Source of the DNA: Candidatus Chisholmbacteria bacterium
Lineage (GTDB): Bacteria; Patescibacteriota; Microgenomatia; UBA1400; Chisholmbacteraceae
Length of the DNA stretch: 64,000 nt
Direction of reading: 5' to 3'
Assembly (NCBI GenBank): GCA_963704905.1
Contig: CAVPHZ010000001.1
Location: 451,438-515,437, forward strand
The position numbers were made by a program, and so were the translations under genes. How positions within the stretch are numbered: position 1 is the stretch's first letter; the number at the start of each line of letters is the position of its first letter. Positions 37,298 to 47,090 of this stretch are shown piece by piece. The notes under the pieces were generated by a model. That model saw only the letters and a program-made list of their open reading frames with translations. It searched no databases and was not told the DNA's origin.

Positions 37298-37782
37298 GAC
37301 TGACATCGAAACAAATTGAAACTTTGAAAAAGTTGATGGTTAATTCTGCAAAAAAAGGGAATTTGGCCAATTCCGGGATTGTTTTGGAAAAAGGGAAAAT
37401 GATTGCTTCAGCAGAGAGCTGGGTCGTGACTAACAATGATCAAACATCACATTCTGAAAGAATGCTAGTAGAGGAAGTTTGTAAGCGTAAGAAGAATTGT
37501 CTCACTCCCAAGTTAGATATGGTATCTGTAGTTGAGCCTTGTTTAATGTGCTTGAGTGCATGTTCTCAAGCTCTTTACGATCGAATCGGTTTTATTATTC
37601 CTGCTGGGAAATACGTAAAGAAGATTCCTTGGATCACTGATACCAACAGCATTGATAAAGAGAAAATTGCTTCACAGTTTTCTCATCAAGTTGAATATCT
37701 TCATCTATCTGAATATGAAGAAGAGTTTAGTAAAATATTTGAAAAAGAGATGGCTATTTTGTATAAGATCGAACTACCATGA
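37294..37782 (+). CDS. Zinc-dependent nucleoside/nucleobase deaminase (TadA/GuaD-like)
   Basis: HSE and EPCLMC motifs. Confidence 0.85.
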   Translation: MRLTSKQIETLKKLMVNSAKKGNLANSGIVLEKGKMIASAESWVVTNNDQTSHSERMLVEEVCKRKKNCLTPKLDMVSVVEPCLMCLSACSQALYDRIGFIIPAGKYVKKIPWITDTNSIDKEKIASQFSHQVEYLHLSEYEEEFSKIFEKEMAILYKIELP

Positions 37783-38210
37783 CGAAGAAAGAACAGAAGA
37801 GGAAAGTATTGGAATTTATTAAGAGGAAGCAGGTTGGTGCTCTTGCCACTACAACCTCTGATGAAAAGCCTGAGGTTGCGGTAATGATTATTTCCCAAAA
37901 GGATAACCTCAAACTAATTTTTCAGACACCAAATACATATCGAAAGTACGAGAATTTAAAGGAGAATCCAAATGTCGCCATAGCGTTTGGATTTGATCTT
38001 GATGAGTTTACAACGGTTCAGTACGAGGGAGTTGCGAGGGAAGCTACTGAGAAAGAAATCGATGAGTGTAGAAAGATTCATATAGAAAAGAATCCAAAAT
38101 CTACTGACTATGCCTACTTACCTGATAATAAATACTTTATCGTAGAACCAAAGTGGATTCGATACTGGGATTTCAAGACTGATGTTAAGTTTGAATTAGA
38201 TTTCAAGTGA
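37779..38210 (+). CDS. Pyridoxamine 5'-phosphate oxidase-like (split-barrel flavin-binding) protein
   Basis: GALATT..KP, RKYENLKENPNVAI, VQYEGVA, PKWIRYWD. Confidence 0.85.
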   Translation: MTKKEQKRKVLEFIKRKQVGALATTTSDEKPEVAVMIISQKDNLKLIFQTPNTYRKYENLKENPNVAIAFGFDLDEFTTVQYEGVAREATEKEIDECRKIHIEKNPKSTDYAYLPDNKYFIVEPKWIRYWDFKTDVKFELDFK

Positions 38211-38284
38211 GTTTTGTGAGGTGTTTGAGGGAGAGATGAGGCGTCATTTGAAGTAGTTATAATATTGGAGAAGGAGTGCTAAAT

Positions 38285-38659
38285 ATGGGAAGTTTTATTG
38301 AACTTAATGATACGCTTCAAATAACTAAAGAGCAGGGATTTCCTGAGGAACTTGATTATGAGAAACATGTGAAGAAGCCATTTACAGCTAAGAATTTTGA
38401 GGGGAAGGAATTTTCATTTTCTGATAAGAAGGATATTCGTGTTTATCAGCAACCGCCGGTGAGGAATCTTTTGGTGGAGAATGTTGATGGCGAATGGATT
38501 TATTGGGGACTGATTATGATTACGGAGATTAAACATGATTATGTAAAGAAGATGACGTCTGGTAAATTTGAGATTGTTCAGCTATATACTCCAGATGAAA
38601 TGATAAAAATGAAAGCATTGATCGAGATAAAATACTCAGCCATGAAGGAAGTAAAATGA
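38285..38659 (+). CDS. Hypothetical protein
   Basis: Open ORF in operon order with purine-rich RBS-like GGAG upstream; MGSFIELNDTLQITKEQGFP; start uncertain (38276 GTG or 38285 ATG). Confidence 0.7.
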   Translation: MGSFIELNDTLQITKEQGFPEELDYEKHVKKPFTAKNFEGKEFSFSDKKDIRVYQQPPVRNLLVENVDGEWIYWGLIMITEIKHDYVKKMTSGKFEIVQLYTPDEMIKMKALIEIKYSAMKEVK

Positions 38660-39204
38660 AAAATGCATTGATACTTCATGGGACAAATGCTACTTCGGAG
38701 GATAACTGGTTTCCATGGTTGCAACAGCAGCTTGAGGAGCGAGGTTGGAAGGTTTGGGTCCCAGATCTCCCAAATGCTGATAAACCAAGCATGAAACGGT
38801 ATAACAAGTTTATACTTTCAAATGAGGGGTGGGTTTTTGATCAGAACTCTGTAATCATCGGACATTCGTCTGGAGCGGTTGAGATACTAGGTTTGTTACA
38901 AGCATTGCCAAAAGAGACTGTTATTGATACGTGTATCTTTGTAGGTGTTTTTAAAGGTGATTTGGGTTGGGAACCACTTCAAGAGCTTTGGGATGTTGAT
39001 GTTCGATATGAAGAAATTCGACGGAAGGCGAAGCAATTTGTTTTTTTGCATTCGAATGATGATCCTTATTGTCCTTTGGATCATGCAAAGGATCTTTCTA
39101 ACAAGCTCGGCGGAGAGCTAATTATTAAAGAAGGGGCACAGCACTTCAGTATTGATCCCGGAGGACCACAGTTTAAGAGGCTCCCTAGTGTTTTGAGATT
39201 TTAG
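38656..39204 (+). CDS. RBBP9/YdeN family alpha/beta hydrolase
   Basis: ILHG..NWFPWL, GHSSGA, HSNDDPYCP, AQHF; last codons possibly frameshifted. Confidence 0.9.
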   Translation: MKNALILHGTNATSEDNWFPWLQQQLEERGWKVWVPDLPNADKPSMKRYNKFILSNEGWVFDQNSVIIGHSSGAVEILGLLQALPKETVIDTCIFVGVFKGDLGWEPLQELWDVDVRYEEIRRKAKQFVFLHSNDDPYCPLDHAKDLSNKLGGELIIKEGAQHFSIDPGGPQFKRLPSVLRF

Positions 39205-39301
39205 GAGAGAAATAAGTGTTTTGTTTATTTTCAGCTTGATTCGCTACTAGTGGAGGTACTATCATTGATAGTGTACATAGCTTAAAAAGAGAGGAGTGAC
39301 T

Positions 39302-39742
39302 ATGGAAGATGTGACCATTCGAGAGGCAGAGGATCGTGATTATGATCAATTGATGAAGTTGTATAACTTTTTTGTTGACGATGATCGATATGACAGTAAG
39401 CAAGAGGATTCATTTTCTGAGGTATTACAGACTGGTGCGAATTATGTTTATGTAGCTGAGGACGAAGAGAAGAAGCAACTTGTCGGATTTGCGGCTTTTT
39501 CCGTGAGGAGAGTCATTCGCTATCCAAAACCTATTGCTGAACTTGATGAATTGTTTATTGCTCCAGCTTACAGAAGAAAGCAATTGGGCAAGAAACTAGT
39601 TGATACCTGTTTGAAAAAAGCGGCTGAAATTGGATGCTACCGTATGTTCATAGAGACGCATTATCAGCACGACATTGCACATAAACTCTATGAAAAAATG
39701 GAGTTTACCAACTACGGATATCATTTTATTAAGGATTTGTAG
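39302..39742 (+). CDS. GNAT N-acetyltransferase
   Basis: LDELFIAPAYRRKQLGKKL, AHKLYEKMEF. Confidence 0.9.
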   Translation: MEDVTIREAEDRDYDQLMKLYNFFVDDDRYDSKQEDSFSEVLQTGANYVYVAEDEEKKQLVGFAAFSVRRVIRYPKPIAELDELFIAPAYRRKQLGKKLVDTCLKKAAEIGCYRMFIETHYQHDIAHKLYEKMEFTNYGYHFIKDL

Positions 39743-39790
39743 ATTAACATCCGCTTCTCGTTTACGACCTCTTCTGTTATAATATAGGTT

Positions 39791-40372
39791 ATGGTTGAAA
39801 TTCCTATCGATTCCACAACAAGAAGACTTTCAAGTTTGGATCGGGAACATGATGTTGGTCAGTTTGCTCGAGAACATCCTCAGCGAGTTGAAGCTGGCGT
39901 TCAGGCTTTTGGAGTACTTATTGATACCTTCAATAATATTTCTGTTGATGACCCTGTAATGGAGATTATGCCGAAGGCGGCTGGTTTGAAAAAACTTCTT
40001 GGAGGATTGAAACTACCCACGATAGAAGAGATGCGCAGTTCACGAGAGTGGACGGTACGCTTTAAGCATGGGCTTGAAGAGGCAAGCGAAGCGATGCTCA
40101 AGGGTCAAAAAGATAAAGGGAGAAAGGATCCACTTTTCAGCAATGAGGAAAAGATAGGATCTGCTTCAATGGATACGCGAAGCGAAGCACTTCTGGTAGG
40201 TGTCATTGGACATCTTATTGAACGTACGATATTTCAGGGCGTCGACATCGAAGGGCATGAGTGGAAAAAGGACGAGATCCTTCATCCACTGGACGATGGT
40301 GCGTTCTTTTACAAGAAGCCAAAGGAGTGGAAAATCCTTTATTCAGGTTCTTTACCTCACCCCCAAAAATGA
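39791..40372 (+). CDS. Hypothetical protein
   Basis: 193-aa ORF behind a TGTTATAAT promoter; no recognised motif. Confidence 0.7.
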   Translation: MVEIPIDSTTRRLSSLDREHDVGQFAREHPQRVEAGVQAFGVLIDTFNNISVDDPVMEIMPKAAGLKKLLGGLKLPTIEEMRSSREWTVRFKHGLEEASEAMLKGQKDKGRKDPLFSNEEKIGSASMDTRSEALLVGVIGHLIERTIFQGVDIEGHEWKKDEILHPLDDGAFFYKKPKEWKILYSGSLPHPQK

Positions 40373-41091
40373 ATGAAACTGGAGGATTGGGATGGCTTTC
40401 TGATGAGCGCCGAGAGAAGTTTTTCTCAGCGTATCGGGAGCGGCATTTTCCAATTTTAGATTTTGCACGGAGATATCTTTCAGATAGAGAAAACGTTGGG
40501 AACATGCTTGATGAACTGGAGGATAGCCCAGATATCTTCTCAGGTTTGATAGTAGAGATGGACGGAGCGGTGGAGGGGTTACAATTACTTCTTCAAGGGG
40601 AAGAATTGTCGGCCGAGGACCGGGAATTACTGCCAAATGTTGCTCTGCTTCGGGAACAATTGGATGGGAAAAGACTCAGGACGATATCGGACATGGAGAA
40701 AGATCCTGATTTTTTGGGCATTCTCCGAACACATCGGACGTTCCGGGAGGCGAGGAAACGGATGAGACGGGGGGAGGAGGCGCGAAAAGGAATGGATGTC
40801 GAGGGAAAACAACAATGGCAGTTTCATCAGGATGTTTCAGATCCTGAGGAGCTTGCGGCAGATCTCCTTTTAGAGATGTATGGTGTCTATTCGGAGAAGG
40901 CAATTCCTGATATCGCAAAAGCAGAGTTGGGAGGATTCGGTGTTGTTCTGGCGCTTGAGGAAATCTTATCGAAACAAGCTTTGGAAGGAAAACCTACAAA
41001 GTTGTTTAATGCATTTAAGTTGTGGGTTGAGGAAGGTGAAGGTTTTTCAAAAACATTGGAAGAGCGCGTGAAGGTATATCTAGCAAGATAA
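40369..41091 (+). CDS. Hypothetical helical protein
   Basis: ATGA-coupled start at 40369; acidic/helical; no recognised motif. Confidence 0.7.
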   Translation: MNETGGLGWLSDERREKFFSAYRERHFPILDFARRYLSDRENVGNMLDELEDSPDIFSGLIVEMDGAVEGLQLLLQGEELSAEDRELLPNVALLREQLDGKRLRTISDMEKDPDFLGILRTHRTFREARKRMRRGEEARKGMDVEGKQQWQFHQDVSDPEELAADLLLEMYGVYSEKAIPDIAKAELGGFGVVLALEEILSKQALEGKPTKLFNAFKLWVEEGEGFSKTLEERVKVYLAR

Positions 41092-41118
41092 TAGTCGTAT
41101 TTTCAGTTTTGATATCAT

Positions 41119-41144
41119 AAGAGCCTGTCTGGGGCTCTTTTTTT
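41119..41144 (+). terminator. Intrinsic terminator
   Basis: AAGAGCC-N7-GGCTCTT followed by a T run. Confidence 0.8.
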
Positions 41145-41164
41145 GTATATAATCGAGACTGGTT

Positions 41165-41944
41165 ATGGATTTGTTCATTCCGAATAACAGTGGAAAAAAG
41201 ATTGCGGCGAGTTTGCATCAGCCGAAAGGTGAAGATGTGCATAGCTTGGCTGTGCTATTGCCCGGATTTTTAGACAGTAAAGATTATGCCCATTTAGTGA
41301 GATTGGGTGAGGATTTAGCAGGAGTTGGATTTACTGCAATTCGGTTTGATCCAACCGGGACTTGGATGAGTGAAGGGAAGATTGAGGAATATTCTCCACG
41401 GCAATATCTCCGAGATTTAAAGACAATTCTTTTATATATGAAGGAGAAGGGGGAGTATGTTCAGATTCTGCTGGTTGGACATAGTTTAGGCGGAATGATC
41501 GCCCTGTTGCATGCTGCTAAAGAAAATGATGTGGATGCTGTTGTTGCAGTGATGTTTCCATCATCACTCACTCGTCCAAAACAGAAACAGGAGTGGCTTG
41601 CTGGATGGGAGCGTGATGGCTCGATTACTTCGAGAAGAGATGATCCAAGTAATTTAACTAATCAACGAGAATATACCGTGTCACATTCATTTGCTGGTGA
41701 ATCAACAGACCTTGATGTATTGAAGGTGATTGATCAATTACGCATGCCATTACTTTTCTTAGCTGCTGAGAAGGATGACGGACTGCTAGTAGAGGAAATT
41801 AAAGAAGTTTACGACAAGGCAAATGAGCCGAAGAAGTTTTTGGAAATAAAGAACGTAAACCATCAATATTGGAATAGTAAAGCGCAGGTAAAGAAAGTGA
41901 ATAAGAAGGTAATTCAGTTTTTGGAAGAGTATAGTCTTGTGTGA
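41165..41944 (+). CDS. Alpha/beta fold hydrolase
   Basis: LPGFLDSKD, RFDPTG..SEG, VGHSLGG, EKDD, VNH. Confidence 0.9.
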   Translation: MDLFIPNNSGKKIAASLHQPKGEDVHSLAVLLPGFLDSKDYAHLVRLGEDLAGVGFTAIRFDPTGTWMSEGKIEEYSPRQYLRDLKTILLYMKEKGEYVQILLVGHSLGGMIALLHAAKENDVDAVVAVMFPSSLTRPKQKQEWLAGWERDGSITSRRDDPSNLTNQREYTVSHSFAGESTDLDVLKVIDQLRMPLLFLAAEKDDGLLVEEIKEVYDKANEPKKFLEIKNVNHQYWNSKAQVKKVNKKVIQFLEEYSLV

Positions 41945-42125
41945 TACTTTCTTTGCGTCTCCAAAGAAAGTATCCAAAGAAAGGAGACCCTAGCGGCAGT
42001 TCTTTCAGGAGAACAATTTACTCAAGCTATACGATCAAACTCCTCGCCGTAAAGGCTCGTCGGACAGTCGATCGTTTCTAGATGAATTTGTTCATTGTTC
42101 TTTTGAATAGCTCCTGCCGAAAGGG
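41943..42125 (+). repeat. Structured intergenic element, copy A (hairpin + third strand/pseudoknot + long stem-loop)
   Basis: GATACTTTCTTTG-cgtctc-CAAAGAAAGTATC-CAAAGAAAG-GAGAC, then long imperfect stem CCCT..CGGCAG..TTCAGGAGAACAAT / ATTGTTCTTTTGAA..CTGCCG..AGGG. Confidence 0.8.
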
Positions 42126-42134
42126 ATATGTCAG

Positions 42135-43001
42135 ATGAAAGGAATGCAGTGGACAGTTGGGGATGTGACCATTTCACAGATTGTTGAGATTGAGGCTGGG
42201 GAAGTTATTCAGAAAGTCATTCGTGGTGCTTCTACGGAAAATATTTTAAAGATTGATTGGTTGTATCCGCATTTTACTGATGAAGAAGGTAACCTTAAAG
42301 CATTGGTTCAAGGTTTTCTGGTTCAGTCAGCTGGAAAGAATATTCTTATTGATACTTGTAATGGGAATCAAAAAACTAGAGTTGATGTACCTGAGTGGGG
42401 AGGTTTGCAGACGGATTTTCTTGAGAGACTCTCTGCGTTTGGTTTGAGTGAGGATCATATTGATATCGTGGCGTGCACCCATTTGCATTTTGATCATGTT
42501 GGGTGGAATACACGACCCGAAAATAGTGAATGGGTGCCCACGTTTCCAAAGGCGCAGTATTACTTTTCCAAGGAAGAGTATACATATTGGAAATCAAAAC
42601 CAAATATAGAAATTGTCGATGATAAGGCAGCGTTTGATGATTCTGTTGCTCCTATCATGAAAGCTGGTTTGGCAGAGCTTGTTAGTACTGATCATGTTAT
42701 TGATGATAATCTTCAATTCATTCCGACACCTGGTCATACGCCAGCACATGTTGCTGTTGTTATCGAATCAAAAGGAGAGAAAGCTATTATTTCAGGGGAT
42801 TTTCTTCATCATCCTTGTCAAATTGCTCATCCTGAGTGGGCAACTCATGCGGATACGTTTCCAGACAAGGCTGTTGAGACAAGAAAGAGGATATTAAAGG
42901 AGATTGCAGATACCGAAACTAAACTTTTTGGTTCACACTTTGCAAATCCAGTGGTTGGGAGAGTGGTTCGTAAGGAGAGAGGATTAGAATTTCGTGTCTG
43001 A
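42135..43001 (+). CDS. MBL-fold metallo-hydrolase
   Basis: ILIDT, THLHFDHVGWN, TPGHTPAH, SGD, GSHF. Confidence 0.93.
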   Translation: MKGMQWTVGDVTISQIVEIEAGEVIQKVIRGASTENILKIDWLYPHFTDEEGNLKALVQGFLVQSAGKNILIDTCNGNQKTRVDVPEWGGLQTDFLERLSAFGLSEDHIDIVACTHLHFDHVGWNTRPENSEWVPTFPKAQYYFSKEEYTYWKSKPNIEIVDDKAAFDDSVAPIMKAGLAELVSTDHVIDDNLQFIPTPGHTPAHVAVVIESKGEKAIISGDFLHHPCQIAHPEWATHADTFPDKAVETRKRILKEIADTETKLFGSHFANPVVGRVVRKERGLEFRV

Positions 43002-43080
43002 GGAATATGCTTTTTTCCTCTGGATGCGATAATAATGCAACAAATATGCAACAAATAATTACACTTACGGAGCATTGAGT

Positions 43081-43679
43081 ATGAAGAGAAAACGGAAAGG
43101 AATGGTTTATGTTTTTACTGGGGATGGAAAGGGGAAGACAAGCGCTGCGATTGGAGTTGGGGTGCGTGCGGCTTTGATCGGAAAGAAAGTCGCAATGGTT
43201 TGTTGGTATAAGAGCAAAGATTGGGATGTAAGTGAGTATTTGTTACCTGAGAAACTTCGCAATTTTACGATTTACAATCTTGGTAAGGGATTTTTTATTA
43301 AGGACGCCCAATATCGACTTGGTGATTCGGAGATTAAGATCACACCACTCACAGGTGGCGGAAACGTTGTTGACCGTGCGAGCAAAGATCAGCATGTTCT
43401 TGCAGCTCAGGAAGCACTGAAAAAAGCTGAAAAACTCATAAAGAAAGTCGATGTGCTTATATTGGATGAGGTGAATACTGCCTGTTTTGACCGATTGGTT
43501 TCTGTTGGTGAAGTTCTGGATCTACTCAAGCAACGTGGTTCGACGCATGTGATTTTGACCGGGAGAAATGCACCGAGAGATGATCTTTAGCAATTCTGCT
43601 GATCTTAGTGACGGAGATGAAGAAAGTGAAACATCCATATGATAAAGGGGTGAAGGCGGTTCGGGGATTGGATTTTTAG
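43081..43679 (+). CDS. cobO: Cob(I)alamin adenosyltransferase CobO/BtuR, frameshifted near 43580-43610
   Basis: GMVYVFTGDGKGKTSAAIG, ILDEVN, HVILTGRNAP; shifted frame continues VTEMKKVKHPYDKGVKAVRGLDF*. Confidence 0.88.
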
Positions 43680-43746
43680 TTCAGGCTATTTCTATATTTT
43701 TCTCCAGTGTTCATTCGACCATTTGTCTGTGTTATCATGAATAGGT

Positions 43747-44689
43747 ATGGATACATCTGGTGGAGGAGATCCACAAACATCACAACCTAATGATTCGGCT
43801 CAGGGTGAGCACTTTGATTGACTCAGGATAGGGAATGTTTCAGCACAGCCATCTGCGCAACATCTCAGCTTGTTCAAGCCACTCCCGCGCCAGCACAAAT
43901 GCCGCAACCACAAGTTTCTCCACCACTGTCACAACGCAAGTACCCCAGTGCAAGGATCTCTTCGATCAATCTCAGGGCAAGCAAGCTGATCCACCTCAGC
44001 CATCGCAGCCTTTCGTCGCTTCAACTCCTCATCCTCAGGGTAAACCATTCGCAGAATCAGCTCCTGAGGGTAAACAACCTCAGGATGTACAAGTTCAGGC
44101 ACAACCAACAGCTCAAGTACAAGAACCAGCATCACCTGCAATGCCATCAACTACTCCTGCTCAGCCGACCGTTCCTCCAGCTCCGCCTGAACCTCAAGTT
44201 ACATCTCCACCTCAATCTGAGCCTACTACTCAGCCAGTTGCACAACCTCCACCTCAACTTGAACCTGAAATAGGAAGACCTGCTGGAGCGAAGGAAGGGG
44301 AGTTTTTGAGCGGCGGAGATGTGACGCCGGTCGAGCATGTGCCAGTGGTTGAACTGCGAGAACCTGGTGAATTACCAACCGAAGTTGAGGGGTGGATTGA
44401 GCGGGCTGAGCATGATGATGTTGAGGAGATGAAGCCGATTAAAGTTGACGGACAAACAGTAGTTTCATCAGCTACTCCGCAAAATGTTAAGGTTACTTTA
44501 CCTCTGGAGAAGTCCGAGATCAAACAAGGTTTGCAATATAAGGTGGCAGACAGTGTTCGTTGGCTGGCGCAATGGTGTATTCGGCTGGTGGATAAATACA
44601 AAGGGCAAGTCGGATACAAACAACCACAACCTAAAGATATGCCGACTCCCGCAGTTAATCACGAGGAACGTAGTACTCAGCAACAATAA
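43747..44689 (+). CDS. Pro/Gln-rich hypothetical protein (apparent frameshifts near 43818 and 43940)
   Basis: ATG 43747 behind TGTTATCAT; low-complexity P/Q/S text continues across three frames; C-terminal LPL..GL..KVADSVRWLAQWC motif. Confidence 0.6.
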
Positions 44690-44701
44690 ACTTATCTTAA
44701 T

Positions 44702-47032
44702 ATGGATTTTCAATCTGATCCTACTGGAACAATATTTTACTTTGTCAGCCTCATGGTTCTTGCGGGAGTTGGGATTCTTGGGTTGGTGTTTCTCGGTTAT
44801 CTATTTATTCAATGGTTCCGATACCGAAAGCGGGAAGAGTATTCGCTCGGTTCAGTTGTCTTGCAAGTTGCGGTTCCCCGTGATAATGAACTGAAGATTG
44901 ACGTTGCGGAGCAGATGTTTGCTAGTTTGTTCTCAGTAAAGAAGTCAGGTATATTTTCGAGACTTTGGGCGGAGGATCATTTTAGTTTTGAGATTGTCGC
45001 GCGAAAGGAAGATATTCGGTTCATGGTTGTATGCCCAAATCACCTGCGAGATATGGTTGAGAAGCAAATCCACGGGGCTTATCCGGGTGCCGAGATCAAA
45101 GAAATAGATGAGTACAATATATTCTCTGATAATGGTAAAGTAGCTTATACACAGCTTAAATTACGTACGTCTTCTTTTTACCCATTAAAGGTTTACAAGG
45201 ATTTACCTACTGATCCACTAAGTTCGCTTACTTCAGCGTTAGGAAAGATGGGAGATGGAGAAGGAGCGGTGGTGCAATTTCTGGTAAGCCCAGCTACAAA
45301 GGGTTGGCAACAGGCTGGTTCATCGTATGTAAGTAAGATCAGAGCACAAGAAGCTGATCCGGAAAAAGCAAAGTATCAAGTTGATGCGAAAACCTTCGAA
45401 GCGGTTGAAAATAAAATCTCAAAATCTGGATTTGAGACGACGATTCGAGCGGTCGTATCTTCGACGACCAAGCAAAGTGCTGACGCACATCTGCGAAATA
45501 TTGCAGGTACGTTTGCCCAGTTTTCATCTGAACTCAATGGTTTGGTTCCACTCAAACGCATCTGGTTTAAACGGTTTTTTATGATCAATTTCATTTATCG
45601 ATATCAACCACTGTTCGGGCGCAACACTATTCTTTCTAGTGAAGAGCTTGCAACGATCATGCACTTTCCTAATAAACAAGTTGAGACACCTCACATCTTT
45701 TTCCTGCGGGCTAAACGAGCGCCGGCACCAGCTGAGATTCCATCTCAAGGTTTGTTCCTAGGGAAAAGCACCTATCGTGGAATTGTGCGTGATGCTCACA
45801 TTTCTGAGAAAGATAGGCAACGACACATGTATATTATTGGGAAAACAGGGACGGGAAAATCGGTGTTTCTTAAGGACATGATTTTGCAAGACATACGTGC
45901 AGGAAGGGGCGTGTGTTTTATTGATCCTCATGATACGGTCGAGCAAATCATGGAGCTTATTCCTCCCGAACGGGCGGAGGATGTGATTTACTTTAATCCT
46001 TCAGACACCGAGCGGCCAATGGGATTAAATATGCTTGAGGCTAGAACGGAGGAGCAGAAGCACTTTGTGGTGAGTTCGATTATTGGGCTCATGTATAAGC
46101 TGTATGATCCGCACAAGACAGGAATTATCGGACCGCGATTCGAGCATGCGATTCGGAACGCGATGCTTACCGTGATGAGTGAACCCGGAAGTACGTTTAT
46201 TGAAGTGGTTCGGGTGCTCACGGACTCAAAATATGTTCAAGAGCTTTTGCCTAAGGTAAAGGATCCGATTGTTCGGCGATATTGGACGGATCAGATTGCC
46301 CAGACGAGCGATTTTCATAAATCTGAAGTGTTGGATTACATTGTTTCAAAGTTTGGGAGATTTGTGACGGATAAAATGATGCGCAACATCATTGGACAAA
46401 GTAAGAGTGCGTTTAATTTCCGTCAAGTGATGGATGAGGGAAAGATTCTACTGATCAACCTTGCAAAGGGGAGGATTGGTGAAGAGAATAGCAATTTCTT
46501 GGGACTTATTCTGGTTCCGAAGATCTTGGTTGCAGCGATGAGTCGACAAGATATTCCTGAGGAAAAGCGACGAGACTTTTATTTGTATGTTGATGAGTTT
46601 CAGAATTTTGCTACACCTGACTTTGCGACGATTTTATCTGAGGCTCGAAAGTATCGCTTAAACCTTACTGTAGCAAATCAGTTTGTCGGGCAAGTAGAAG
46701 AGGAAGTGAAGCAGGCGGTGTTTGGAAATGTTGGCACACTTATTTCATTTCGTGTTGGAGTTTCTGATGCAAATTTCCTGCAACATGAGTTCGCTCCGAC
46801 ATTTACTGAAGCTGATTTGGTAAACGTTGAGCGATTCAATGTGTATATTAAAACGATTGTGGATAACGAGCCGATGAATCCCTTCTCGATGGATTTGACG
46901 AAAGATATGTCGGAGGAAGAGAAGCTTCGTAACCAGAAAGTTGGGGAGATGATTCGGCAGCTGTCTCGATTGAAATATGGGTCAGATCGAGCTGAAATGG
47001 AGGCAGATATCAATCAACGGGCGAGATTGTAG
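44702..47032 (+). CDS. VirD4/TraG/HerA-like membrane-anchored P-loop ATPase
   Basis: N-terminal TM; RHMYIIGKTGTGKS, FIDPH, LYVDEFQNF, SEARKYRL..ANQ, VFGNVGT. Confidence 0.9.
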   Translation: MDFQSDPTGTIFYFVSLMVLAGVGILGLVFLGYLFIQWFRYRKREEYSLGSVVLQVAVPRDNELKIDVAEQMFASLFSVKKSGIFSRLWAEDHFSFEIVARKEDIRFMVVCPNHLRDMVEKQIHGAYPGAEIKEIDEYNIFSDNGKVAYTQLKLRTSSFYPLKVYKDLPTDPLSSLTSALGKMGDGEGAVVQFLVSPATKGWQQAGSSYVSKIRAQEADPEKAKYQVDAKTFEAVENKISKSGFETTIRAVVSSTTKQSADAHLRNIAGTFAQFSSELNGLVPLKRIWFKRFFMINFIYRYQPLFGRNTILSSEELATIMHFPNKQVETPHIFFLRAKRAPAPAEIPSQGLFLGKSTYRGIVRDAHISEKDRQRHMYIIGKTGTGKSVFLKDMILQDIRAGRGVCFIDPHDTVEQIMELIPPERAEDVIYFNPSDTERPMGLNMLEARTEEQKHFVVSSIIGLMYKLYDPHKTGIIGPRFEHAIRNAMLTVMSEPGSTFIEVVRVLTDSKYVQELLPKVKDPIVRRYWTDQIAQTSDFHKSEVLDYIVSKFGRFVTDKMMRNIIGQSKSAFNFRQVMDEGKILLINLAKGRIGEENSNFLGLILVPKILVAAMSRQDIPEEKRRDFYLYVDEFQNFATPDFATILSEARKYRLNLTVANQFVGQVEEEVKQAVFGNVGTLISFRVGVSDANFLQHEFAPTFTEADLVNVERFNVYIKTIVDNEPMNPFSMDLTKDMSEEEKLRNQKVGEMIRQLSRLKYGSDRAEMEADINQRARL

Positions 47033-47090
47033 CTTTGATGTGCAACAGCGTCATCAGCCAGACTATCGTGGTATAATTTCCTCTGGTTAT

